A stretch of 63,472 bases of DNA from an uncultured bacterium (GTDB taxonomy: Bacteria > Chlamydiota > Chlamydiia > Chlamydiales > JAJFMA01). The stretch lies in contig CAYTFC010000007.1 in the NCBI GenBank assembly GCA_964436955.1, positions 1-63,472 of the forward strand, given 5' to 3'. The notes below the pieces were generated by a model. It saw only the letters and a list, made by a program, of their open reading frames with translations. It did not search any database and was not told the DNA's origin. Below are positions 26,057-34,659 of this stretch, piece after piece (the stretch's first letter is position 1; each line of letters begins with the position of its first letter). The translations under genes were made by a program, and so were the position numbers.

Positions 26057-27198
26057 GCAAGCCCCTCCCTCAGTTCGTAAAAGCGTTGCAGGAGTTTATT
26101 GTAATCTCTTCTACCATTTAAGAGATGCTGGACAAGGCTTAGGTCAAGAGCATTGCTGCTGTCAAAGCTTAAAAGTAACCAAAGAGCCGGATATAATCGA
26201 TTGCGAGGGTGAATGAGAGACCATCTCCAGCTAGGAGCGAACATGCCTGCACCCATGTCACGTACATTGAGTGCCCAGGCTCTAGCTTGTGCTTTGGGCG
26301 TACCAGGGTGTAGGGGTAGTTGATGACAATAGGTTTGAAGGCTGGGCAAATAGGTTCCTAAGCGCCGTCCTTCATACCAAAGCAAAAAGCCTAAATAATA
26401 ACGCAACGTATCACTAAAAGCCGAATAGAGGTCCTCTTCTTCAAGTATAGTTGAATCGCCTTTCAGCTTGAACTCAATAGCCTTCAAATACTTTTGCACC
26501 ATCCACTTTGGGTCTGGAATGTCCATATGGTTTAGATAGGCTTCGATCCTATTAGCCTTAACAACATAGCTAAGGTCATAGTCTCCGTGCGTTAGCAGTA
26601 CACAGTCACCAAAGGCCAAATGATTTTTCCAGAGAAACTTCTGAAATCTAAAGCGCAACTCTTCAGTCATGATGGCTTCGCCGCCCAAGCCCATTTTAAC
26701 ATCTAAAAGGAGCTTGCCACGGTTTAAAAGAAGACGCGTTCCTTCATCCAAAGACAGATTTAAAAGGATATAAGGGGGCATTAAGGAAAGAATGTCCTGC
26801 CTGCCATAGAGCACCTGATGTCCATAGCGGAGTTCATAGTTCATCAGAGAAAACTCTGCATTTTTGAGGCTATGCAAAGTGTGCAAATAGAGGTCTACAG
26901 GAATTCCTAGCTGGTCTGTAAGTTCCTTTTCCAACATTCTCAGGCGTTTTTGGAAGTGCTGACGTGTCTGGTACGACAAATTTCCGCAAATCACCATCAA
27001 ATCATAGTCATTGAAAGGCTGCTCAATACCATCTTTATGAAGTGGAGTCCCTTCGCCACGTCCATATCCGCCCATCAAGACAATAGCCTCGATAGGCGGC
27101 GCTTGGGGAAGATCGCGAACTGCTGTCACAATACGTTGCAGCTCATTACCTAGCCGCTGTTCAAATTGGGGGGATCCAGCAACTGTATATTTTCCCAT
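26053..27198 (-). CDS. Pol-beta-fold nucleotidyltransferase with a GlnD/GlnE-like GGYGRGE motif
   Basis: 381 aa. LMGGYGRGEGTP ... FNDYDLMV is a G-G-x-G-R-G-E ... D-x-D NTase signature, with a longer-than-usual insert. The stop overlaps the downstream phosphodiesterase start (ATGA at 26053..26056). Confidence 0.5.
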   Translation of the reverse strand: MGKYTVAGSPQFEQRLGNELQRIVTAVRDLPQAPPIEAIVLMGGYGRGEGTPLHKDGIEQPFNDYDLMVICGNLSYQTRQHFQKRLRMLEKELTDQLGIPVDLYLHTLHSLKNAEFSLMNYELRYGHQVLYGRQDILSLMPPYILLNLSLDEGTRLLLNRGKLLLDVKMGLGGEAIMTEELRFRFQKFLWKNHLAFGDCVLLTHGDYDLSYVVKANRIEAYLNHMDIPDPKWMVQKYLKAIEFKLKGDSTILEEEDLYSAFSDTLRYYLGFLLWYEGRRLGTYLPSLQTYCHQLPLHPGTPKAQARAWALNVRDMGAGMFAPSWRWSLIHPRNRLYPALWLLLSFDSSNALDLSLVQHLLNGRRDYNKLLQRFYELREGLA

Positions 27199-27204
27199 AC
27201 ACGA

Positions 27205-28080
27205 CTACTCTGACGCCCCTTTTTTGGTGTAGCGCTGCGTTCCCTCTTTATGTCCTTGGTGATAGGCAAGATGAATAACAGACCGGTACAACACATTATA
27301 GGGAATCGTTAAGGGTTGGCCACATTTGAGGGCGCTTAGCGTATCACGAGCAAGTTCCTTGCCAACTTGATACACACGCGCAAATCCATTAGGAGCCGAA
27401 CCATAAATATAGCCAAAGGCCACTCCCTGACGATACCGCTTACGATACAATCCTTGAATGGAGTAGTTATGGGAATGCTCGACCACAGACTCCTGAACAA
27501 TTTTAAAACGCGCTCCTTTGGCTTGGCACATACGACACCAAGCAAGGTCTTCAGCATAGCCGGTGGTATAAAATGGAGTCTCCTCCCACAGGCTACGCTT
27601 AAATGCGCAGGCAACAGCAGAAAAGAAGTCCGTCAGAAAGCCATCGGGAAATCTGCTAGGAGCATAAGCTCTTAAATAGTCCTGTTTTACGATAAAATAG
27701 GCATCCACACGAGCAATTTGACGACTCATCGTTCCATCAGCCTCATCATCAATAATTGGACGAATAAGGCGCTCCAACCAATAAGAGTCTTGCGGGATTG
27801 CATCGGCATTAAGAAATACGATGATGGATTCGGCAGTGCGTTCTATCATCATATTTAATACCTTTCCAGGTACATAATCCTCCGGGGGAATGCGCACGAC
27901 TTTGCTTGCATCGCGGTTGTTGGCTTCCACCACTTCCAACGTCCCGTCTGTGGAGCCTGAATCCACATTATACAGCACGAAATGGCGGTATGTCTGCGCT
28001 TCCAAAGCCTTAAAGACGTCGGTTGTATAGGGCATCTCGTTTTTAGAACGCATGATAATAGCCACAACGGGATCAGCCAT
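27205..28080 (-). CDS. Family 2 glycosyltransferase
   Basis: 291 aa with VAIIMRSKNE ... LYNVDSGSTDGT ... FLNADAIP (DxD-like), which fits a GT-A fold. Confidence 0.8.
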   Translation of the reverse strand: MADPVVAIIMRSKNEMPYTTDVFKALEAQTYRHFVLYNVDSGSTDGTLEVVEANNRDASKVVRIPPEDYVPGKVLNMMIERTAESIIVFLNADAIPQDSYWLERLIRPIIDDEADGTMSRQIARVDAYFIVKQDYLRAYAPSRFPDGFLTDFFSAVACAFKRSLWEETPFYTTGYAEDLAWCRMCQAKGARFKIVQESVVEHSHNYSIQGLYRKRYRQGVAFGYIYGSAPNGFARVYQVGKELARDTLSALKCGQPLTIPYNVLYRSVIHLAYHQGHKEGTQRYTKKGASE

Positions 28081-28101
28081 ACACCTCCTTAGGTTAAGTC
28101 A

Positions 28102-29235
28102 TCAAGTAACACACTGCTCGTACACTTTCAACACTTGCCGTGCTGCCGAGGTCCAATTAAACGTGGCAGCGTAAGCTATGCCCTTATTAATACGTACTTC
28201 ACGGTCAGTGTAACCTGCAGCTTTTACTAGAGTTTGCAAAATCTCTTCAGGTTGCGTCGGATCAAATGTATCCGCATAATCTTTAGCCAATTCACCTAAA
28301 GATGTTGTATTCGAGCATATGACTGGCGCCCCACAGGCCATCGCTTCTAATAGAGGAAACCCAAAGCCCTCAAATAGAGAGGGAAAGACCATAAAATCAC
28401 AGGTCGAATAGAGTCGTACAATATCATCCCGTGGAATAGATCCCAAAAAGTGAATGGACTCATGGCATGCACTATCACGCGCGTATTGTTTGACAACGTC
28501 TGCTCCCGGCCAATCGGGTCCCGCCAGTACAAGCTGATAGGAATTCCCTTCACGCTGCTTGAATAACTCAAAAGCCTTGATGAGATTCAGGTGGTTTTTT
28601 GCTGGATGTTCCACGCGGGACACATAAACGATAAACGGCGCTTGAATCGGGTAGCGTTGGCGCAGTTCCTCTAGGGCTTGCTCCTTAGCTAGTGGCCTAA
28701 AGACCGTTCTATCGATACCAGAATAGATAACGGTAATTTTATCTTCGGGATAGCCCGTAAAGCGAATGATATCCTCTTTGGTATAGTGACTTACGGTAAT
28801 AATGTGGTCGCAGCGATGGACAATCCGCGATTGAAATTGTTCGTGATAGAACGTTCGCGCCATGTCGTATTTCCCACGCATGGCAAGGGGTGCCATGTCA
28901 TGAATTGTCGCCACAATAGAACAGGTCTTAATAAGAGGAATCCGTCGCATACTCGGGATATGTAACAGATCAAAAGGTGTTGTGCTGGCTTTCCAGGCGA
29001 GAACACTATTGTGCCAGGCGATGTTAACCAGAGGCTTTCCCACAATGTAAGGCGAAGATGTAAAACGAAAATTGGGTGACAGGGGAGTAAATAGCTGTTC
29101 GTCTCCTTCTGGCAGAAGAACTTCGTAGGAATTATCCCGATCAACAACGGATAGGGCTTCCAACTGTTTTAGAATGTAAGTGCCTATGCCACTGCGACCT
29201 TGATCAAGAACAAAGGCTGTCCATGCTATTTTCAT
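28102..29235 (-). CDS. Family 4 (GT-B) glycosyltransferase
   Basis: The preferred start is the ATG at 29235 (MKIAWTAF), which has an AGGAGG SD. The C-terminal motif is FPSLFEGFGFPLLEAMACGAPVICSN. Confidence 0.85.
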   Translation of the reverse strand: MKIAWTAFVLDQGRSGIGTYILKQLEALSVVDRDNSYEVLLPEGDEQLFTPLSPNFRFTSSPYIVGKPLVNIAWHNSVLAWKASTTPFDLLHIPSMRRIPLIKTCSIVATIHDMAPLAMRGKYDMARTFYHEQFQSRIVHRCDHIITVSHYTKEDIIRFTGYPEDKITVIYSGIDRTVFRPLAKEQALEELRQRYPIQAPFIVYVSRVEHPAKNHLNLIKAFELFKQREGNSYQLVLAGPDWPGADVVKQYARDSACHESIHFLGSIPRDDIVRLYSTCDFMVFPSLFEGFGFPLLEAMACGAPVICSNTTSLGELAKDYADTFDPTQPEEILQTLVKAAGYTDREVRINKGIAYAATFNWTSAARQVLKVYEQCVT

Positions 29236-29333
29236 GTTGGCCCCTCCTAATGGAAGCATGCGCAATTCCAGGACAAATTTCAAAACAAGTTACGTGCAGA
29301 GGCAGGAAGACGGGGAGGCGCAGAGAAAAACAT

Positions 29334-29487
29334 CCTTTATGTCCTTTTTTCTAAGTCCCTTATGTCCTTTTCGTCCCTTGTCCTTTTGGTCCTTTTCAAA
29401 GGTGACCAATCCAGTACATTTTCCTTTTTTAGACGCACGGAACAAAGGACCAAAAGGACAAGGGACGAAAAGGACGTAAAGGACTAG
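29334..29487. repeat. Long hairpin element of GGAC-ending units
   Basis: The left arm 29334..29396 pairs with the right arm 29444..29487. The right arm is homologous to 24469..24527 (ggacaagggacgaaaaggacgtaaaggactag). Confidence 0.85.
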
Positions 29488-29525
29488 CAACGTCAATGTT
29501 TGTTTATGTGAGTTTAAACCTGTGG

Positions 29526-30038
29526 CTAGGGACTTTGTAGTGGTATGGGCCGCGCCATTAAATACAGTTCTATTAGCGCAAAGAAACCCAACATTATAAA
29601 GAACGGAAAGATCGCAGCAGGAATAGAATAGTGGAGAGTAAGCCCCATTAAAACCAAAAATTGGAAGAAGGTTGTTACCTTGCCACACCAAATCGCCCGA
29701 AATTGGTAGCGTTCCCAATCCCCCGTCAGATAGAGATATATCCCAAAGGTTAGCACCGCAAAGTCACGCCCTAACATTGCCAGCATTTGCAATGGAGTCA
29801 AGCTACCTTCAAGAATAAACGTGATAAACAAAAAGACGACGAAAAATTTGTCCGTCAAAGGATCTAATACAGCGCCAAGCTGACTGGTATTCCGAAAGCG
29901 CCGAGCAAAATAGCCATCAAGACAATCCGTGAGCATGGCAGCAATAATGGCCAAACATCGCAACGTTTGATTTTCGCTAAGAAAAGCAAGCGCAAGCGGA
30001 AGGCGTAGGGCAGATAAAATATTAGATACGTTCCACAT
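29526..30038 (-). CDS. pgsA: CDP-alcohol phosphatidyltransferase (phosphatidylglycerophosphate synthase-like)
   Basis: 170 aa with DCLDGYFARRFRNTSQLGAVLDPLTDK, which matches D-G-x2-A-R-x8-G-x3-D-x3-D. Confidence 0.7.
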   Translation of the reverse strand: MWNVSNILSALRLPLALAFLSENQTLRCLAIIAAMLTDCLDGYFARRFRNTSQLGAVLDPLTDKFFVVFLFITFILEGSLTPLQMLAMLGRDFAVLTFGIYLYLTGDWERYQFRAIWCGKVTTFFQFLVLMGLTLHYSIPAAIFPFFIMLGFFALIELYLMARPIPLQSP

Positions 30039-30046
30039 AGATAGCT

Positions 30047-30688
30047 CTAGCTGCCATTTTTGCAGCTATTCGCCCACCTCCGGTAAAAATAAATTCCTAT
30101 TAACCCTGTAACAATCACCAGCAGAGTATACAGGATGACCTCTTCATAAGAACGAAAATACTTAAACAGAACGTGGTAATTTTCACCGAATGCATGCCCG
30201 ATATTGAATAACACAACGGTGGCAAAAGCCGCTCCAATTCCATCCCGCAACGCAAATCGCGGGAAAGGCATGCACCATAAACCGCAGGTCATGAACAAAC
30301 AATTCCGTATTCCCAAAGGCATGAAGCGACCCACCATAAAAGTGAGAATGCCATATCTTTCTAGCCAACGACCAATGCGATGCACACGTTCTGGCGTAAT
30401 CACATGGTGAAATATCGTGATCTCATAGAGCTTTGGTCCCAAGTATCGTCCTAAGCAATAGGACACATAAGCCGACAAAAGTGCAGCTACATAGAGCCAA
30501 CCCAACATCAACCAATAATGCGTAGGCGCACAAGTGCTCACCAACACTCCGCCAAGCATGACTAGAATATCCTCACTGAATGGCAAATTTAACCCAGCCA
30601 AAACAATCAAAATAAACAGAACATAATGAGCCTGTGATGCATGCGCGCAAAGATAGGTGGTAACTGTCTCCATTAGAAAACTTTTCAA
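30047..30688 (-). CDS. DedA/VTT-family membrane protein
   Basis: 213 aa and polytopic, with a LPFSEDILVMLGG N-terminal motif and a GRFMPLGIRN re-entrant loop motif. Confidence 0.7.
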   Translation of the reverse strand: MKSFLMETVTTYLCAHASQAHYVLFILIVLAGLNLPFSEDILVMLGGVLVSTCAPTHYWLMLGWLYVAALLSAYVSYCLGRYLGPKLYEITIFHHVITPERVHRIGRWLERYGILTFMVGRFMPLGIRNCLFMTCGLWCMPFPRFALRDGIGAAFATVVLFNIGHAFGENYHVLFKYFRSYEEVILYTLLVIVTGLIGIYFYRRWANSCKNGS

Positions 30689-30790
30689 ATTAATCTTGGA
30701 TCTTTCCCCGGTCTATGGTAAGCCAGGGGATTGTGAATTGTACCTTGCAAAGGGTGAAAAACTCAAGCTCACCACAGGAATTAACCAACT

Positions 30791-32752
30791 GTGTTGGTAT
30801 CTGCTTCTCTAACCAGTCCTGACTTTACGATCGCTTTAAGGGGAAAGCCCCCCGCTCCCCTTATTATTCCAGAATTTCTTGCATCTCCACTAGTTCTGCA
30901 ATTAGAGCCATATGTCGGTGAATATGCGCTATTTATACAGATCTCTCTTGCTACAAATTTAAGTATTGTAGGGTATCCAGCCACCGCTGAAAAAGGCTTT
31001 CCGGCACCACGTTTTATTCGACACTTAGAAAACTTGCCTTCACAATCATTTTTAGTTCTTATCCAAGAGCAGCTCGGCTACACCTGTCTACTCTGCCTAT
31101 CCCACGCAGATCAAAAGGCATACCTAAACCCTCTTGATGAAGGCACCTTGCTTTTGCGAGCATTTAGCAGAAATAGTAGTCGATCCAACCTTCAAAGGCC
31201 GGTACTTGTATGTACCAAAGGGGCCAACCCCTATCAAGCCATCGATCAAGCTATGCGGCTCGGCTTACAGCTTACCCAAAGTCCAGGAAAGCCTTTGGTG
31301 GAAAAATCGGGATTTCCCATTTGGAGACATACTTTAGGGTGGAATTCTCGCCTGCTATGTGGCACATCACCCTCGCATGATGCTATTGTTACTGCTGTCC
31401 AAAGCTTGCATGAAGAGGGCTATACCCCACATTATGTGATAATCGATAAGGGATGGCAACGTCTTGTAATCAATCCTAAGGATCGCCATCTAAGACCCTC
31501 CTTAACGAATTTCGATGCAGATAAAAAACTGTTTCCACATGGACTAAAAGGCCTCACAGAGTCCCTTCAGCACCTTGGAGTACGCCATATTGGAGTGTGG
31601 CATGCCATGATGGGAGCAACTAACGGACTACATCCTGATTTGGCCCGAGTATACCATTTGCAAGCAAGCGAACAAGGACAGTTTTTTCTCGGAAATGATT
31701 TAGGTAAAAGTTTTGAATTCTATTGCGACTATTATGAATATCTCCGAGCGCAAGGCGTCAGCTTTGCACAAGTGGGAGATCAAATATGCGCCACACCTTT
31801 AATCCATCAAAATTTGCAGTTGGCACTACAAGCCGCTGCCAGCATCCATTTTAATCACGCACACCTCAATACCGACTGTTTACGCAATGAAAATCTTTTC
31901 TATTGGGGTACTTCAACAATAGCTAGGGCCGCAGAAGATCTTGATCCAGCCAATCCTGTAGGAGTGCGCCGCACCATTCGCAACAACCTTGCCAATGCTC
32001 TCTGGCTACAAAGCCTCATGTTGCCAGACCTTGACGTGTGGCGCACGGATGCGGATCCTAATGATATGTTGGCCGTACTACATGCCCTAAGCGGATCTTT
32101 GCTAACCATTGGAGATCCACCCGGAGCTGCTTTAAAAACCACATTGCAAAAATTAGTGCTACCTTCAGGAAAAGTTGTCACAGCCGATCAACCCCTTACT
32201 CTGTGCCGTGACTCTATCTTTCGCAATCCACTGGAAGACAAAGCCATCTACAAGGCCTTCACAAAGAAAGCTTCAACAGGAGTCGTTGCTGCATACAACC
32301 TATGCACCGGACGTCATACCTTGCACGGAACTGTTAGTAGTACAGACGTAGAGGCTCTTTCTGGCGAACGGTTTGCAGTATTTAGCCACCTGCATGGCTT
32401 AGTAGCTATTGTAGAAGCTGGTAAACCTGTGGAAATCAAACTAAAGCCACGACAATGTGATATTTTCGTGTTCGCGCCGGTAATAGTAGGGGTGGCAGTA
32501 TTAGGATGTCATTTACTCTATTTACCGCCAGGAGCTATTACAGAGGTTGTTATTGAAGAAGACAGCGTACACATTAGTTCTATGATAGCAGCGCCCTTGC
32601 TCCTGTATTGTGAAAAGCAAGTGCTAGAAGTGCGCTGTAATGGACATGTATTGCCTTGGGAGCACGATGCCAAAAGGCATTTACTCAGCATTGATGTGCG
32701 CACGCATATTGAAGAAGTACCATCCGTCTATTCCATCACCTTCGAAGCGTAA
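30791..32752 (+). CDS. GH36-clan / raffinose-synthase (Sip1)-like glycosidase or transglycosidase
   Basis: 653 aa with YVIIDKGWQ (compare DDGWQ), GVWHAMMG and IARAAEDLDP (compare R-x-S-D-D-F-x-P). The GTG start is uncertain. Confidence 0.4.
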   Translation: MLVSASLTSPDFTIALRGKPPAPLIIPEFLASPLVLQLEPYVGEYALFIQISLATNLSIVGYPATAEKGFPAPRFIRHLENLPSQSFLVLIQEQLGYTCLLCLSHADQKAYLNPLDEGTLLLRAFSRNSSRSNLQRPVLVCTKGANPYQAIDQAMRLGLQLTQSPGKPLVEKSGFPIWRHTLGWNSRLLCGTSPSHDAIVTAVQSLHEEGYTPHYVIIDKGWQRLVINPKDRHLRPSLTNFDADKKLFPHGLKGLTESLQHLGVRHIGVWHAMMGATNGLHPDLARVYHLQASEQGQFFLGNDLGKSFEFYCDYYEYLRAQGVSFAQVGDQICATPLIHQNLQLALQAAASIHFNHAHLNTDCLRNENLFYWGTSTIARAAEDLDPANPVGVRRTIRNNLANALWLQSLMLPDLDVWRTDADPNDMLAVLHALSGSLLTIGDPPGAALKTTLQKLVLPSGKVVTADQPLTLCRDSIFRNPLEDKAIYKAFTKKASTGVVAAYNLCTGRHTLHGTVSSTDVEALSGERFAVFSHLHGLVAIVEAGKPVEIKLKPRQCDIFVFAPVIVGVAVLGCHLLYLPPGAITEVVIEEDSVHISSMIAAPLLLYCEKQVLEVRCNGHVLPWEHDAKRHLLSIDVRTHIEEVPSVYSITFEA

Positions 32753-32757
32753 AGCGA

Positions 32758-33117
32758 TGAGGGCTTTTTAGGATTTTCACATCAGAGATCACAGACTCGA
32801 CTTTAGGTATTTTGCCTACACAACATCCATTTTAGTAAGCGTGAAATAGACGGTGGCGATAGATCGCTTTAAAGATTACTCTTCAGGGCTATATCCTTGT
32901 ATCCATCCTGCCGCCGAAGGCGATCCTAATCATCCTGTTTTAAAAAAAATGAATAGCTTAGGCTTGTTAAAATAGCCACTTAGATAGGAAAAAACAGGAT
33001 GATTAGGATCGCCTTTGGCGGCAGGATAGGAAAATTTCAATAGACCAATCTTGCTCCAAAAAAAAAAGCCTAAAGTCGAGTCTGTGATCTCTGTGGTGAA
33101 AATCCTAAAAAATCCCT
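32758..33117. repeat. Nested inverted repeats filling the convergent intergenic region
   Basis: The outer arms 32758..32808 and 33067..33117 are about 50 nt. The inner arms 32903..32938 and 32990..33028 are about 36 nt. Read directly. Confidence 0.85.
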
Positions 33118-33129
33118 CAGAAACCTGTA

Positions 33130-34647
33130 CTACACTTCCACTTCTTCGGTTAGGCAAAAGGCGCAGTCGCCCATGTCAAAGCCAGCTTTCATGACGTCTA
33201 GACGCTTCTTGGAAATGCCTCCCAAAAACTCTATCGTCTTTAAAAAGCGCGCGCGAGCTGTAAATTTACCCAAGATTTCAACCGAATCAAATAAGGGAGG
33301 ACCAAATCGCTTACCCATTATCGAAGCAAACAACAACGGCATCACAATCTTCTTGTGATTCACACCAAACACCTTCGCAACATCTTTAGATGCCTGAAAT
33401 AGTGCTGAAGAACCCCAATCCTCCACCGCGTCCAACTTCCAAATGATCGCCTGAATAATATACGCCCCATGCGGCAGCCTTATTCCATCCAATTGAAACA
33501 GCTCTGGAGTATATTTAAGATCATTAATGAAGAAGAAATTACAGAGATCAAAGAAATCCCCAAAATTCTTAATACGCGTGTGAATTAGCGGCATTAATTT
33601 ATCGATGCGATTATCTCTAAAAGCCCATTCCTGCAAACGGCTCCATAGATTATCCACAGGGATATTATTGATGACGTAGTGCTGATTCAACCAATCAAGT
33701 TTTTTCACATCAAAAACAGCACCTGAAACGCCGACGCGGCTCACATCAAACTCTTTAATAAACTCATCCAAACCGTAAATTTCCTTATCTCCGAGCATGC
33801 TATAGCCCATCAATGACAAGAAATTCAAAAACGCTTCGGGCAGATATCCAGAATCGCGATAGTAAAATATTGATGTGGGATTTTTACGCTTCGAAAGCTT
33901 CTTCCCATCCGTACCTAAAAGCAGTGGCATATGCATAAAAACGGGAGCTTCCCATCCAAATGCCTCGTAAAGGTATACGTGCTTAGGAGTAGAACTCATC
34001 CACTCATCTCCGCGGATCACATGAGTGATCTTCATGAGATAATCGTCCACCACATTCGCAAGATGATAAGTAGGAAATCCATCAGATTTCATCAAAACTT
34101 GATCATCCACATCCGCCCAAGGAACTGTAATGCGACCTTTAATCGCATCTTGATAAACACATTCGCCAGTCAGAGGCACTTTCAAGCGAATGGTATAGGG
34201 TTGCCCTTGCCCCTCTCGCTGCGCGATTTCGTCGGCACTTAGGTTACGATAACGTCGATCATAACCCGAGCGCTCTCCTTGAGCAGCCATCACTTCACGC
34301 ATTTCTTGCAGTTCTTGCGGAGTCGCAAAGCACTTGTATGCCTTGCCATCATCCAACAACTTCTGACAGTATTCGCGATAAATTTCTGTACGTTCAGATT
34401 GACGATAAGGTCCATAGGGGCCACCAACATCGGGACCCTCGTCCCACTCTATGTTACACCATTTCAAGCTATCAAAAATGCTTTGCTCATATTCAGGACG
34501 GCTGCGCGTGCGATCGGTATCTTCAATACGAAGAATGAACTTACCGCCATGATGTTTGGCAAATACTAGATTAAATAGTGCCATATAGGCTGTGCCTACA
34601 TGAGGGTCCCCTGTTGGGGAGGGAGCAATGCGTACACGAACGGTCAT
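33130..34647 (-). CDS. gltX: Glutamyl-tRNA synthetase
   Basis: 505 aa with a HIGH region ([12 protein letters not shown]) and a KMSKS-type KLSKRK motif. Confidence 0.92.
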   Translation of the reverse strand: MTVRVRIAPSPTGDPHVGTAYMALFNLVFAKHHGGKFILRIEDTDRTRSRPEYEQSIFDSLKWCNIEWDEGPDVGGPYGPYRQSERTEIYREYCQKLLDDGKAYKCFATPQELQEMREVMAAQGERSGYDRRYRNLSADEIAQREGQGQPYTIRLKVPLTGECVYQDAIKGRITVPWADVDDQVLMKSDGFPTYHLANVVDDYLMKITHVIRGDEWMSSTPKHVYLYEAFGWEAPVFMHMPLLLGTDGKKLSKRKNPTSIFYYRDSGYLPEAFLNFLSLMGYSMLGDKEIYGLDEFIKEFDVSRVGVSGAVFDVKKLDWLNQHYVINNIPVDNLWSRLQEWAFRDNRIDKLMPLIHTRIKNFGDFFDLCNFFFINDLKYTPELFQLDGIRLPHGAYIIQAIIWKLDAVEDWGSSALFQASKDVAKVFGVNHKKIVMPLLFASIMGKRFGPPLFDSVEILGKFTARARFLKTIEFLGGISKKRLDVMKAGFDMGDCAFCLTEEVEV

Positions 34648-34659
34648 AGGAACAATTCC

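Noticed and set aside
9307-29487. GGAC-unit arrays as a possible CRISPR array
   Set aside because: The units are 7-9 nt, degenerate and contiguous, without unique spacers. Each locus is one inverted repeat (a hairpin) rather than direct repeats. No cas genes are present.
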